From positions 1-64,000 of the forward strand of contig NIVC01002916.1 in NCBI GenBank assembly GCA_002269645.1: a stretch of 64,000 nt of DNA, given 5' to 3'. Shown here piece by piece: positions 41,117 through 55,150 of the stretch. Numbering within the stretch: position 1 is the first letter of the stretch; each line of letters begins with the position of its first letter. A program made the translations under genes and the position numbers. This DNA is from Macrostomum lignano. Its lineage: Eukaryota. The notes beneath the pieces were generated by a model. The model worked only from the letters and a program-made list of their open reading frames with translations. It was not told the origin of the DNA and did no database searches.

Positions 41117-41631
41117 ATGCAGCATGACTGACACTTCAGAAAGCCCTTCCGTGCAATGTTGATACTATCAATAATTTTGTTAAACTTTTTACGATAGTAA
41201 TATGATTCAATGTTGGCGATTCCTTAGTCAGGATCAGTTCAAAATAGCAACCGGCAGACGAATTTTTAGGAAGCCGTTTTTCGTTAGCGATTTTGAGTTT
41301 TTCATAGCGACTCATTTGGCGATATGCAGCCATTTTTACTAAGAATTCAGAACTCCCACCGAAGCCCGAGACTCCAGACTTGAATAGCTGATAATGAGCT
41401 TGTCTGATTCCTGCCGCCAGCGCTCAGTGCTCACAGTGCTCACAGTGCTCTTTTTAGGCATTCGATTGACTGCTGTTTTGTACTTTTTAGTACATTCTTA
41501 CTCCGTCATTTACCTCATCTTTTTGCCATCTTTTCCGTCTCCTTTCCGACGATTTTTCTCCACATCCTTCTTGACCTCATCTGCTTTCTCTTTTGCCTCT
41601 TTTTGTCCAACTTTCCATCTCTTTTCATCCC

Positions 41632-42527
41632 CTTCCTTCTCCACCTCCTTCTCCACTTCCTTCTCCACCTCCTTCTCCACCTCCTTCTCCACCTCCTTCT
41701 CCACCTCCTTCTCCACCTCCTTCTCCACCTCTTTCTCCACCTCCTTCTCCACCTCCTTCTCCTCCTCCTTCTCTGCCTCCTTCTCCACCTCCTTTTCCAC
41801 CTCCTCCTCCACCTCCTTCTCTGCCTACTTCTCCACCTCCTTCTCCACCTCCTTCTCCACCTCCTTCTCCACCTCTTTCTCCACCTCCTTCTCCACCTCC
41901 TTCTCCTCCTCCTTCTCTGCCTCCTTCTCCACCTCCTTTTCCACCTCCTCCTCCACCTCCTTCTCTGCCTACTTCTCCACCTCCTTCTCCACCTCCTTCT
42001 CCACCTCCTTCTCCACCTCCTTCTCCACCTCCTTCTCCACCTCCTTCTCTGCCTCCTTCTCTGCCTCCTTCTCCACCTCCTTCTCCACCTCCTTCTCCAC
42101 CTCCTTCTCCACCTCTTTCTCCACCTCCTTCTCCACCTCCTTCTCCTCCTCCTTCTCTGCCTCCTTCTCCACCTCCTTTTCCACCTCCTCCTCCACCTCC
42201 TTCTCTGCCTACTTCTCCACCTCCTTCTCCACCTCCTTCTCCACCTCCTTCTCCACCTCTTTCTCCACCTCCTTCTCCACCTCCTTCTCCTCCTCCTTCT
42301 CTGCCTCCTTCTCCACCTCCTTTTCCACCTCCTCCTCCACCTCCTTCTCTGCCTACTTCTCCACCTCCTTCTCCACCTCCTTCTCCACCTCCTTCTCCAC
42401 CTCCTTCTCCACCTCCTTCTCCACCTCCTTCTCTGCCTCCTTCTCTGCCTCCTTCTCCACCTCCTTCTCCACCTCCTTCTCTACCTCCTTCTCCCCCTCC
42501 TTCTTTGCCTCCTTCTCCACCTCCTCT
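41632..42527. repeat. 12-bp polypyrimidine minisatellite with higher-order blocks
   Basis: Unit ctccacctcctt; the variant block containing ctgcctacttct recurs four times. Confidence 0.95.
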
Positions 42528-44279
42528 TTTTGTCCTTCATCTGCCTCCTGGGCCACCAGAACAACTGAGCAACTTAAACTCGTCTTTCTCTCAGCCGCTA
42601 AGCAAAGTTAATTGTCTTAAGATAGGATAAAACTAAATCTATCAGTTCCTTCTAGTGGCCAGAAAGTCCAACAGCAGGCTTGCAAATTCGAGCTTCCATC
42701 AGCATGTGATTGGCTTCCCTCTCGCAGCAGAAATTAGTTTCATACATGCATCTGCGGAGGAAGGGATGCCTGCCTTCTCGCCTAACACTCAGCTGAAGTC
42801 CGGATGTCTGAGGGGGGCCTCTTCAACAGCGCAGCTCTGCATCCCCCCAAGCTCCCGGGGCGCCAAGGATAAGGGGCTTAGGGCTGGCAGAAGTAGGCCT
42901 TGGAATCCTTGAGCAGACAGGCGAGCGGGTTGCTAATTCCACACCGGCCGGACCCGGCTCTCCCTGAGCAGTGCGGGGCGCCCAGCTGGCTGGAGTGTCT
43001 CGGGGCGCGGCCGGTCCGGAGTGACGGCTCAGATGCTGGGGGGGGGGGTTGAGCGCGGCGACGCCTTCGCAAAAATGCAATTTTCCCCGCTCGGGAGGCC
43101 AATTTTCACTCGAAGAAACGCGCCGACCGCCCCGTGGGCGTGACCTCACCCGTGTCCGCCCCTCCGGCCTCACTGCTTCGAAACTCTCGGCATGCCGCAT
43201 AAGATTCGAAAAAAACATATTTTTATCACTGTTTATTAAGCAATCAGCTTCGACAGCTCGAATGCTGCATCAAGTTCGACTGGTTTTCGTGAATTACGAT
43301 GGCAAACCCACACGCTGTTGAAATTGAATTTTACTTTTCTTAACGCAGACCTTTGCGCCGAGTGTGTAAAATTGAGCTATATAGTTCCGATTTGATTAAT
43401 TTAGCAAGTTCTAATCATATATGAGCATCACCATATATTGTCCGAGTCATTAAGTATTGATTCGAATTGCCAGTTTCCCTTATCTGTCGAACTCGCCATC
43501 GGTCTCTGTGTCTCGGCTTAGCACGAGGGGGTTGGAGCATCGATCCGTGGACTGCAACTTGACCGCTTGATGAGAGGCTGCTGAGCCGGGCAGCCCCGGT
43601 GAGCCGTTTAGCAACACCGGCTGGGGAGCTGCTCAATCCCAGAGCTGCTGGACGCAGCGATAAGCCCCTCCAGCATCCTCCGCCTCCCCTTCCGCGTTTC
43701 TTTTTTGTTTCCCATTTTCGACTTCGAGGCTATTTTCGTTCTCGTCACTTGCTTCTGGGCAAGGGTTTGGCTTTGGTTAATGATTGCCTCAGCTGGCCAG
43801 GGCATGCGGCTGTTCGGAGGCGAAGAAGGATGAGGCAGCTGGAGAGTGGGGAGGTCCGGGACAGGGCGAAAATTGAGACGGCGATGAAGAGCGAAGGATC
43901 GCGGCTGTGAGACGCCAGGCGCAACTAAAAGTATTGAGAGAAGGGCAGTGGAGGCTGATGAGGGGATGGGGAACAGGAGCATTAGGAAGGGGCAAAGAAG
44001 GTTGAACAGTGAAAGTTGAGAAAATAGGAAATGTTTTGAGTAAGGAAGAAATGTTGGCGAGCTGCGAGGGGCATTGAGTGAAAGATGAGCATCCCGCGGA
44101 TGGGGTGGGGGATTGGGGAATCTGAGGTTCTCAGGAGCGCTAATCGTCTCTGTGCTGGCAGATGAATTTTGCTACAGTTCTGCGTGAGATTCTGCACTAT
44201 TATGCAGCGCTATTCATGGTTATTAACAGAACTGCTCATGATTCAGCGTCATGGTCTCCTGTGAGCTGATGTGAGAGAT

Positions 44280-46560
44280 TGTCTGATATCGGTGATTGTC
44301 TAATATCGGTGATTGTCTGATATCGGTGATTGTCTGATATCGGTGATTGTCTGATATCGGTGATTGTCTGATATCAGTGATTGTCTGATATCGGTGATTT
44401 TCTGATATCGGTGATTATCTATCTAATATCGGTGATTGTCTGATATCGGTGATTGTCTGATATCGGTGATTGTCTGATATCAGTGATTGTCTGATATCGG
44501 TGATTGTCTGATATCGGTGATTGTCTGATATCGGTGATTGTCTGATATCGGTGATTGTCTGATATCAGTGATTGTCTGATATCAGTGATTGTCTGATATC
44601 GGTGATTGTCTGATATCGGTGATTGTCTGATATCAGTGATTGTCTGATATCAGTGATTGTCTGATATCGGTGATTGTCTGATATCGGTGATTGTCTGATA
44701 TCGGTGATTGTCTGATATCGGTGATTGTCTGATATCGGTGATTGTCTGATATCAGTGATTGTCTGATATCGGTGATTGTCTGATATCGGTGATTGTCTGA
44801 TATCAGTGATTGTCTGATATCGGTGATTGTCTGATATCGGTGATTGTCTGATATCGGTGATTGTCTGATATCGGTGATTGTCTGATATCAGTGATTGTCT
44901 GATATCAGTGATTGTCTGATATCGGTGATTGTCTGATATCGGTGATTGTCTGATATCGGTGATCGTCTGATATCAGTGATTGTCTGATATCGGTGATTGT
45001 CTGATATCGGTGATTGTCTGATATCGGTGATTGTCTGATATCGGTGATTGTCTGATATCACTGATTATCTGATATCGGTGATCGTCTGATATCGGTGATT
45101 ATCTATCTGATATCACTGATTGTCTAATATCGGTGATTTTCTGATATCGGTGATTATCTATCTAATATCGGTGATTGTCTGATATCGGTGATTATCTATC
45201 TGATATCACTAATTGTCTAATATCGGTGATTGTCTGATATCGGTGATTATCTATCTGATATCACTGATTGTCTAATATCGGTGATTTTTGATATCGGTGA
45301 TTATCTATCTAATATCGGTGATTGTCTGATATCGGTGATTGTCTGATATCGATGATTGTCTGATATCGGTGATTATCTGATATCGGTGATTGTCTGATAT
45401 CGGTGATTGTCTGATATCGGTGATTATCTGATATCGGTGATTGTCTGATATCGGTGATTGTCTGATATCGGTGATTGTCTGATATCGGTGATTATCTGAT
45501 ATCGGTGATTGTCTGATATCACTGATTATCTGATATCGGTGATCGTCTGACATCGGTGATTATCTATCTGATATCACTGATTGTCTAATATCGGTGATTT
45601 TTGATATCGGTGATTATCTATCTAATATCGGTGATTGTCTGATATCACTGATTATCTGATATCGGTGATCGTCTGATATCGGTGATTATCTATCTGATAT
45701 CACTGATTGTCTAATATCGGTGATTGTCTGATATCGGTGATTATCTATCTGATATCACTGATTGTCTAATATCGGTGATTTTCTGATATCGGTGATTATC
45801 TATCTAATATCGGTGATTGTCTGATATCGGTGATTATCTATCTGATATCACTGATTGTCTAATATCGGTGATTTTCTGATATCGGTGATTATCTATCTAA
45901 TATCGGTGATTGTCTGATATCGGTGATTGTCTGATATCGGTGATTGTCTGATATCGGTGATTATCTGATATCGGTGATTGTCTGATATCGGTGATTTTCT
46001 GATATCGGTGATTGTCTGATATCGGTGATTGTCTGATATCGGTGATTGTCTGATATCGGTGATTGTCTGATATCGGTGATTGTCTGATATCGGTGATTGT
46101 CTGATATCGGTGATTTTCTGATATCGGTGATTTTCTGATATCGGTGATTGTCTGATATCGGTGATTTTCTGATATCGGTGATTGTCTGATATCGGTGATT
46201 GTCTGATATCGGTGATTGTCTGATATCGGTGATTGTCTGATATCGGTGATTGTCTGATATCGGTGATTTTCTGATATCGGTGATTTTCTGATATCGGTGA
46301 TTGTCTGATATCGGTGATTTTCTGATATCGGTGATTGTCTGATATCGGTGATTGTCTGATATCGGTGATTGTCTGATATCGGTGATTTTCTGATATCGGT
46401 GATTGTCTGATATCGGTGATTGTCTGATATCGGTGATTTTCTGATATCGGTGATCGTCTGATATCGGTGATTTTCTGATATCGGTGATTGTCTGATATCG
46501 GTGATTGTCTGATATCGGTGATTTTCTGATATCGGTGATTGTCTGATATCGGTGATTATC
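44280..46560. repeat. 17-bp minisatellite, about 2.3 kb
   Basis: Unit gtctgatatcggtgatt. Confidence 0.97.
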
Positions 46561-47194
46561 TAATATCGGTGACTATGTATCTGACATCGGTGATTATCAG
46601 TAATCACAGTATCACATGTTGTGCAATTAATCCCATTCGATTATCTAAAATCGCTAAAATTCCCGGTCGAAGCAGGCAACCCAAGCAGCGCACATATCAC
46701 AGCTCTGTACTCACTTCTATCGGAGTCCTCAATATTCCACTTCAAGCTCGGTTGGCCGACTCCCCTGTTTTGGAGTCGGATTGGCAACTTTGCTGGCTCT
46801 GAAGTGACCTGTCCGAAGATTGCCGGGCTTTTATTCTCCTCCACGATGCCCCGCTCCGCTTTACGCGTCATTTTTGTGCGCCCGTCTCCCCCCCCCCCCT
46901 CCGCCGAGCTCCTCTTCCTTTCGCTTCTTCTTTCGATCATCCTGTGTGGATCGCCCTGCGGGGGCCGGGGCGGGTGATGGAGGACGCTGAGCTCACAGGC
47001 TCGGCTGGAGTGGGCCGGGTCAGTGGCCACCAGCGGAGGACACTAGATAGAGAGGAGGCGATGCAGGAAGAGGAGAAAGGGAAGCTGGATTGGACAGGGC
47101 AGAAGAGCAGCGCGGGGGGGGGGGCGCGGCAGCGGTCCATGATTAAGAGGAAGCAGCTCGGCAATGAGATGTCAGAGACAAAGTCTGGGAAGTT

Positions 47195-49564
47195 ATCCCA
47201 GATCCCGATCCCAGATCCCGATCCCAGATCCCGATCCCAGATCCCGATCCCAGATCCCGATCCCAGATCCCGATCCCAGATCCCGATCCCAGATCCCGAT
47301 CCCAGATCCCGATCCCAGATCCCGATCCCAGATCCCGATCCCAGATCCCGATCCCAGATCCCGATCCCAGATCCCGATCCCAGATCCCGATCCCAGATCC
47401 CGATCCCAGATCCCGATCCCAGATCCCGATCCCAGATCCCGATCCCAGATCCCGATCCCAGATCCCGATCCCAGATCCCGATCCCAGATCCCGATCCCAG
47501 ATCCCGATCCCAGATCCCGATCCCAGATCCCGATCCCAGATCCCGATCCCAGATCCCGATCCCAGATCCCGATCCCAGATCCCGATCCCAGATCCCGATC
47601 CCAGATCCCGATCCCAGATCCCGATCCCAGATCCCGATCCCAGATCCCGATCCCAGATCCCGATCCCAGATCCCGATCCCAGATCCCGATCCCAGATCCC
47701 GATCCCAGATCCCGATCCCAGATCCCGATCCCAGATCCCGATCCCAGATCCCGATCCCAGATCCCGATCCCAGATCCCGATCCCAGATCCCGATCCCAGA
47801 TCCCGATCCCAGATCCCGATCCCAGATCCCGATCCCAGATCCCGATCCCAGATCCCGATCCCAGATCCCGATCCCAGATCCCGATCCCAGATCCCGATCC
47901 CAGATCCCGATCCCAGATCCCGATCCCAGATCCCGATCCCAGATCCCGATCCCAGATCCCGATCCCAGATCCCGATCCCAGATCCCGATCCCAGATCCCG
48001 ATCCCAGATCCCGATCCCAGATCCCGATCCCAGATCCCGATCCCAGATCCCGATCCCAGATCCCGATCCCAGATCCCGATCCCAGATCCCGATCCCAGAT
48101 CCCGATCCCAGATCCCGATCCCAGATCCCGATCCCAGATCCCGATCCCAGATCCCGATCCCAGATCCCGATCCCAGATCCCGATCCCAGATCCCGATCCC
48201 AGATCCCGATCCCAGATCCCGATCCCAGATCCCGATCCCAGATCCCGATCCCAGATCCCGATCCCAGATCCCGATCCCAGATCCCGATCCCAGATCCCGA
48301 TCCCAGATCCCGATCCCAGATCCCGATCCCAGATCCCGATCCCAGATCCCGATCCCAGATCCCGATCCCAGATCCCGATCCCAGATCCCGATCCCAGATC
48401 CCGATCCCAGATCCCGATCCCAGATCCCGATCCCAGATCCCGATCCCAGATCCCGATCCCAGATCCCGATCCCAGATCCCGATCCCAGATCCCGATCCCA
48501 GATCCCGATCCCAGATCCCGATCCCAGATCCCGATCCCAGATCCCGATCCCAGATCCCGATCCCAGATCCCGATCCCAGATCCCGATCCCAGATCCCGAT
48601 CCCAGATCCCGATCCCAGATCCCGATCCCAGATCCCGATCCCAGATCCCGATCCCAGATCCCGATCCCAGATCCCGATCCCAGATCCCGATCCCAGATCC
48701 CGATCCCAGATCCCGATCCCAGATCCCGATCCCAGATCCCGATCCCAGATCCCGATCCCAGATCCCGATCCCAGATCCCGATCCCAGATCCCGATCCCAG
48801 ATCCCGATCCCAGATCCCGATCCCAGATCCCGATCCCAGATCCCGATCCCAGATCCCGATCCCAGATCCCGATCCCAGATCCCGATCCCAGATCCCGATC
48901 CCAGATCCCGATCCCAGATCCCGATCCCAGATCCCGATCCCAGATCCCGATCCCAGATCCCGATCCCAGATCCCGATCCCAGATCCCGATCCCAGATCCC
49001 GATCCCAGATCCCGATCCCAGATCCCGATCCCAGATCCCGATCCCAGATCCCGATCCCAGATCCCGATCCCAGATCCCGATCCCAGATCCCGATCCCAGA
49101 TCCCGATCCCAGATCCCGATCCCAGATCCCGATCCCAGATCCCGATCCCAGATCCCGATCCCAGATCCCGATCCCAGATCCCGATCCCAGATCCCGATCC
49201 CAGATCCCGATCCCAGATCCCGATCCCAGATCCCGATCCCAGATCCCGATCCCAGATCCCGATCCCAGATCCCGATCCCAGATCCCGATCCCAGATCCCG
49301 ATCCCAGATCCCGATCCCAGATCCCGATCCCAGATCCCGATCCCAGATCCCGATCCCAGATCCCGATCCCAGATCCCGATCCCAGATCCCGATCCCAGAT
49401 CCCGATCCCAGATCCCGATCCCAGATCCCGATCCCAGATCCCGATCCCAGATCCCGATCCCAGATCCCGATCCCAGATCCCGATCCCAGATCCCGATCCC
49501 AGATCCCGATCCCAGATCCCGATCCCAGATCCCGATCCCAGATCCCGATCCCAGATCCCGATCC
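47195..49564. repeat. Perfect 13-bp satellite (ATCCCAGATCCCG)n, about 182 copies
   Basis: I saw no variant unit across about 2.37 kb. Confidence 0.98.
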
Positions 49565-50139
49565 GAGAGGCTTGACTGCCTCATTCAGAGACGGGACCGA
49601 TGTTGGAAAAGTGCTTTGCCAGGCAGATAAGGCAGCGAAGCGACTCCGCGTGTGACGGCTTGGCAAACAGACGGGGACCGCCCCAGCCCAGCGGGATGGG
49701 CCTGAGTAAGCAGGGAAACTGATTAGGACGAATGGGATACTTTCTGAGCGGGACTGGGATGGCCTGGCTGTTTTGCCCAAGCGGGGATGGAGATGGGCAG
49801 TGAAACTCCGGACACATGGAGAGCTTAGTGAGACAGGGCGAGGGCTCACCACTAATAAAAAAATTCATCAGCTGGACTCGCACTCGCGAACTAAATAATG
49901 TAATTAAGAGCGACTCGAAACGGGACGAAATGGGCGAAAAATCGAATGAAGGATGAGCCATCAAAGAGGATCTGTCGATAATCACGAGATCTGCATGGGC
50001 TGCTCCAGAGTGGCCTACCTGACTTGCGCGACTCTCCCTAGGTAAGTCTCTGGGGAATCAGCGTCTAAAAAGAGAATCCCAAAAATTCTATGAGCACTTT
50101 TCACCGCATCCTTTGCGTCACCCTCTCGAACCGGTGCTT

Positions 50140-53100
50140 CCGTGCTCTTCCCGATCACACCGGTGCTTCAGTGACCTTCCCGATCACACCAGTGCTTTAC
50201 TGACCTTCCCGATCAGACCGGTGCTTCCCGATCACACCGGTGCTTCAGAGCAGCTTCCCGATCACACCGGTGCTTCAGACCAGCTTCCTGATCACACCGG
50301 TGCTTCAGAGACCTTCCCGATCACACCGGTGCTTCAGATACCTTCACGATCACACCGGTGCTTCAGAGCAGCTTCCCGATCACACCGGTGCTTCAGAGCA
50401 GCTTCCCGATCACACCGGTGCTTCAGAGACCAGCTTCCCGATCACACCGGTGCTTCAGAGCAGCTTCCCGATCACACCGGTGCTTCAGAGCAGCTTCCCG
50501 ATCACACCGGTGCTTCAGAGCAGCTTCCCGATCACACCGGTGCTTCAGAGACCAGCTTCCCGATCACACCGGTGCTTCAGAGCAGCTTCCCGATCACACC
50601 GGTGCTTCAGAGACCAGCTTCCCGATCACACCGGTGCTTCAGAGACCAGCTTCCCGATCACACCGGTGCTTCAGAGACCAGCTTCCCGATCACACCGGTG
50701 CTTCAGAGACCAGCTTCCCGATCACACCGGTGCTTCAGAGACCAGCTTCCCGATCACACCGGTGCTTCAGAGACCAGCTTCCCGATCACACCGGTGCTTC
50801 AGAGACCAGCTTCCCGATCACACCGGTGCTTCAGTGACCTTCCCGATCAGACCGGTGCTTCCCGATCACACTGGTGCTTCAGAGACCAGCTTCCCGATCA
50901 CACCGGTGCTTCAGAGCAGCTTCCCGATCACACCGGTGCTTCAGAGCAGCTTCCCGATCACACCGGTGCTTCAGAGACCTTCCCGATCACACCGGTGCTT
51001 CAGAGACCTTCCCGATCACACCGGTGCTTCAGAGACCTTCACGATCACACCGGTGCTTCAGAGACCTTCACGATCACACCGGTGCTTCAGAGACCTTCAC
51101 GATCACACCGGTGCTTCAGAGACCTTCACGATCACACCGGTGCTTCAGAGACCTTTCCGATCACACCGGTGCTTCAGAGCAGCTTCCCGATCACACCGGT
51201 GCTTCAGAGACCTTCCCGATCACACCGGTGCTTCAGAGACCTTCACGATCACACCGGTGCTTCAGAGCAGCTTCCCGATCACACCGGTGCTTCAGAGCAG
51301 CTTCCCGATCACACCGGTGCTTCAGAGCAGCTTCCCGATCACACCGGTGCTTCAGAGCAGCTTCCCGATCACACCGGTGCTTCAGAGACCTTCACGATCA
51401 CACCGGTGCTTCAGAGCAGCTTCCCGATCACACCGGTGCTTCAGAGACCTTCCCGATCACACCGGTGCTTCAGAGCAGCTTCCCGATCACACCGGTGCTT
51501 CAGAGCAGCTTCCCGATCACACCGGTGCTTCAGAGCAGCTTCCCGATCACACCGGTGCTTCAGAGACCTTCCCGATCACACCGGTGCTTCAGAGACCTTC
51601 CCGATCACACCGGTGCTTCAGAGACCTTCACGATCACACCGGTGCTTCAGAGACCTTCCCGATCACACCGGTGCTTCAGATACCTTCACGATCACACCGG
51701 TGCTTCAGAGCAGCTTCCCGATCACACCGGTGCTTCAGAGCAGCTTCCCGATCACACCGGTGCTTCAGAGACCAGCTTCCCGATCACACCGGTGCTTCAG
51801 AGCAGCTTCCCGATCACACCGGTGCTTCAGAGCAGCTTCCCGATCACACCGGTGCTTCAGAGCAGCTTCCCGATCACACCGGTGCTTCAGAGACCAGCTT
51901 CCCGATCACACCGGTGCTTCAGAGCAGCTTCCCGATCACACCGGTGCTTCAGAGACCAGCTTCCCGATCACACCGGTGCTTCAGAGACCAGCTTCCCGAT
52001 CACACCGGTGCTTCAGAGACCAGCTTCCCGATCACACCGGTGCTTCAGAGACCAGCTTCCCGATCACACCGGTGCTTCAGAGACCAGCTTCCCGATCACA
52101 CCGGTGCTTCAGAGACCAGCTTCCCGATCACACCGGTGCTTCAGAGACCAGCTTCCCGATCACACCGGTGCTTCAGAGACCAGCTTCCCGATCACACCGG
52201 TGCTTCAGTGACCTTCCCGATCAGACCGGTGCTTCCCGATCACACTGGTGCTTCAGAGACCAGCTTCCCGATCACACCGGTGCTTCAGAGCAGCTTCCCG
52301 ATCACACCGGTGCTTCAGAGACCTTCCCGATCACACCGGTGCTTCAGAGACCAGCTTCCCGATCACACCGGTGCTTCAGAGACCAGCTTCCCGATCACAC
52401 CGGTGCTTCAGAGACCTTCACGATCACACCGGTGCTTCAGAGACCTTCACGATCACACCGGTGCTTCAGAGACCTTCACGATCACACCGGTGCTTCAGAG
52501 ACCTTCACGATCACACCGGTGCTTCAGAGACCTTTCCGATCACACCGGTGCTTCAGAGCAGCTTCCCGATCACACCGGTGCTTCAGAGACCTTCCCGATC
52601 ACACCGGTGCTTCAGAGACCTTCACGATCACACCGGTGCTTCAGAGCAGCTTCCCGATCACACCGGTGCTTCAGAGCAGCTTCCCGATCACACCGGTGCT
52701 TCAGAGCAGCTTCCCGATCACACCGGTGCTTCAGAGCAGCTTCCCGATCACACCGGTGCTTCAGAGACCTTCACGATCACACCGGTGCTTCAGAGCAGCT
52801 TCCCGATCACACCGGTGCTTCAGAGACCTTCCCGATCACACCGGTGCTTCAGAGCAGCTTCCCGATCACACCGGTGCTTCAGAGCAGCTTCCCGATCACA
52901 CCGGTGCTTCAGAGCAGCTTCCCGATCACACCGGTGCTTCAGAGACCTTCCCGATCACACCGGTGCTTCAGAGACCTTCCCGATCACACCGGTGCTTCAG
53001 AGACCTTCCCGATCACACCGGTGCTTCAGAGACCTTCACGATCAGACCGGTGCTTCAGAGACCTTCACGATCAGACCGGTGCTTCAGAGACCTTCACGAT

Positions 53101-53375
53101 CACACCGGTGCTTCAGAGACCTTCACGATCAGACCGGTGCTTCAGAGACCTTCACGATCAGACCGGTGCTTCAGAGACCTTCACGATCAGACCGGTGCTT
53201 CAGAGACCTTCCCGATCACACCGGTGCTTCAGAGACCTTCACGATCAGACCGGTGCTTCAGAGCAGCTTCCCGATGACACCGGTGCTTCAGAGCAGCTTC
53301 CCGATGACACCGGTGCTTCAGAGCAGCTTCCCGATGACACCGGTGCTTCAGAGCAGCTTCCCGATCACACCGGTG
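50140..53375. repeat. 28/30/32-bp minisatellite with an approximately 1.4-kb higher-order duplication
   Basis: Unit cccgatcacaccggtgcttcagagcagctt. Rare variants recur at about 1.35-1.38 kb spacing (gtgacc block at 50834 and 52208). Confidence 0.97.
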
Positions 53376-55049
53376 TTGAGAATACGAGCACAGGATAGAC
53401 TATAACAGCGCTTTAGTGCAAAAATACAGTGAGTAAATCACAGCCCAGCAATGCCAATATTGCAACTGTCTCAGAGTCAGATGCCCTTACCGGTGCTTGA
53501 GTGAACTCAGAAATTACCTTGAGTTCCTCATTCCACCTGCTCTATTTCTTGCGCAGGGTTCGAGCCGTACGAATCCCCATTTATGAATTCTTCCCCACAT
53601 TTCGCATATTTTTATTTGCCCATTCGTCTCCCCATCCCGGTATCCTCAGCCCCTTTCTCTTTCTGCGTACCCCCCCCCAGCCTCCTCTTTCGTCTTTTCC
53701 GGCCATCAATTCACGAATGACTCTTTTTTGCTGGCACAATGGGCCGCAGCAGTGCACGAGGCAGGCAGGCATATTTTTGACGAAGAACTTTTCTCACTAG
53801 GAAATGGGGAGAATTATGGGCATGTGGCAGACAGCTGGGACTCTGCTATTCCTCCTGCTGCATCAATATTAACAGCCATGGATTTGGATAGAGAAGCTCA
53901 CTTGACTCGTGGGGAGAGCTCAATGGACGTTGGATTCTGTACAGTACTGTTGCTTATCTCATGCCATTCTGTATGTAAATTGGCTGTTGGCACACAAAGC
54001 AGGCTTTTTAGAAAGTGAGACAGGGCAAAGATCTTGCAAAACTGCAGATATTTTTTGCGACAAAAATCTCAGCAATCTCTGACCCTCGATGCATTCAACA
54101 ACTTCCACTGATGCCTTCCTGTCTGCCATCGGGAGTACCAAAGGAGTCAATTATTTTCATGCTACTCGTGCATTGAAACGCATGACAGACGGTTGACGAG
54201 GACCCCGCCTGGCTTTTGTTCCGGATGTACTCCGTTTTTCATCCGGTGTCCGCCGGTTTTGGGGGTTCCTTCCGGGTAAAAGCCGGACTTATTAAAATTT
54301 CCTCCTCTTTTCATCCGGATTGGGCTCCCAGCACTAAATCCAGAACAATTTCCGGATGAATACCGGAGCTAACACTTTTGCTGATCCGGTTTTCTCCCGG
54401 ACTTTTGTCCGGTTGAGCGTCGGGTTGAAAACGGGTTGAAGAACGGATAAACTTCCGGATGAATACCGGAGCTGACACTTTTGCTGACTTTTGTCTGAAA
54501 CTCATAAAAATATATATGAAACGGAATGTAACTGAAATAGGCCCGCGAACGACTAGCAATACCTAAGCGTAAAACGGCTCCCATCGAAGTACTTCACATC
54601 GAATCATATCATGCAATTACCGGGAGCGCTGAGCAAGAAGATTAGGTCCAAATCTGCATAAAATTCCATTTAAGGTTTTTTATTACTTCATTTGCGTATC
54701 GTGTACAACTGACACCAGCTTACCGCATCCTGCTGCTAAAAATAAAAAGCCCTATAATCCAAGACGCCGTGTTTCCGCGGATTAAAGACAGTCATTAATC
54801 TCCGACAACATTAAGATGAGCCTGTCGCTCTGATGGGACCGTCTGTGCTAGAAAATTGTAGATATAATCTGAGTAGTCACGCGTACACTTGCGTGGAACA
54901 AAATGCATTTTTGCCACACTTATGTATATTACAGGTAAATAAAATTGACGAGTGAAATGAAATTAAGCCCATTTTACTTCCTCTGAAATGTCTGTATTTG
55001 GCGTGGGAACGTTTAAGGTCTGGTGGAATATTTTCTGTCTCATTATACA

Positions 55050-55150
55050 TTGAAGTAATTAAAGCGCCAGACTCTCGCCACAACCACATGCCATGGCCCA
55101 TGGGTTCGATTCCGTGCGCGGCCACAATAATTTGGGGCTCTGCACGAAAA
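55050..55150 (+). mobile_element. Degenerate tRNA-derived SINE-like head
   Basis: ttaaagcgccagactc (resembles a D-arm/anticodon stem) followed by the B-box gggttcgattcc; no intact cloverleaf. Confidence 0.3.

Noticed and set aside
41394-42630. EKEV-repeat, Pro-rich and Leu/His-rich ORFs (neurofilament- or extensin-like)
   Set aside because: 12-bp minisatellite; the EKEV frame is broken by recurrent TAG variants and there is no splice or homology support.
43608-43715. MGNKKETRKG... as a myristoylated PKA first exon
   Set aside because: Similar to PKA MGN starts, but no credible phase-1 donor precedes the stop (only a weak T|gttgct).
46937-49852. 800-970-aa ORFs on both strands (GSGSGIGIWDRDL / IPIPDPDPRSRSQ repeats)
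   Set aside because: They arise from a stop-free 13-bp repeat read in all frames; there is no coding signal outside the array.
49954-50041. Plus-strand exon-like segment (MSHQRG...MGCSRV...) with donor AG|gtaagt as RICTOR exon 1
   Set aside because: It ends in phase 2 whereas the RICTOR exon at 58137 needs phase 1; it may be a 5' UTR exon.
50113-53405. ORFs over 1000 aa in the 28-32-bp array
   Set aside because: Frames cycle with unit length, as expected for minisatellite artefacts.
54340-54490. CCGG-rich 35-bp direct repeat pair as a MITE or regulatory element
   Set aside because: Only two copies, and I could not identify terminal inverted repeats or a TSD.
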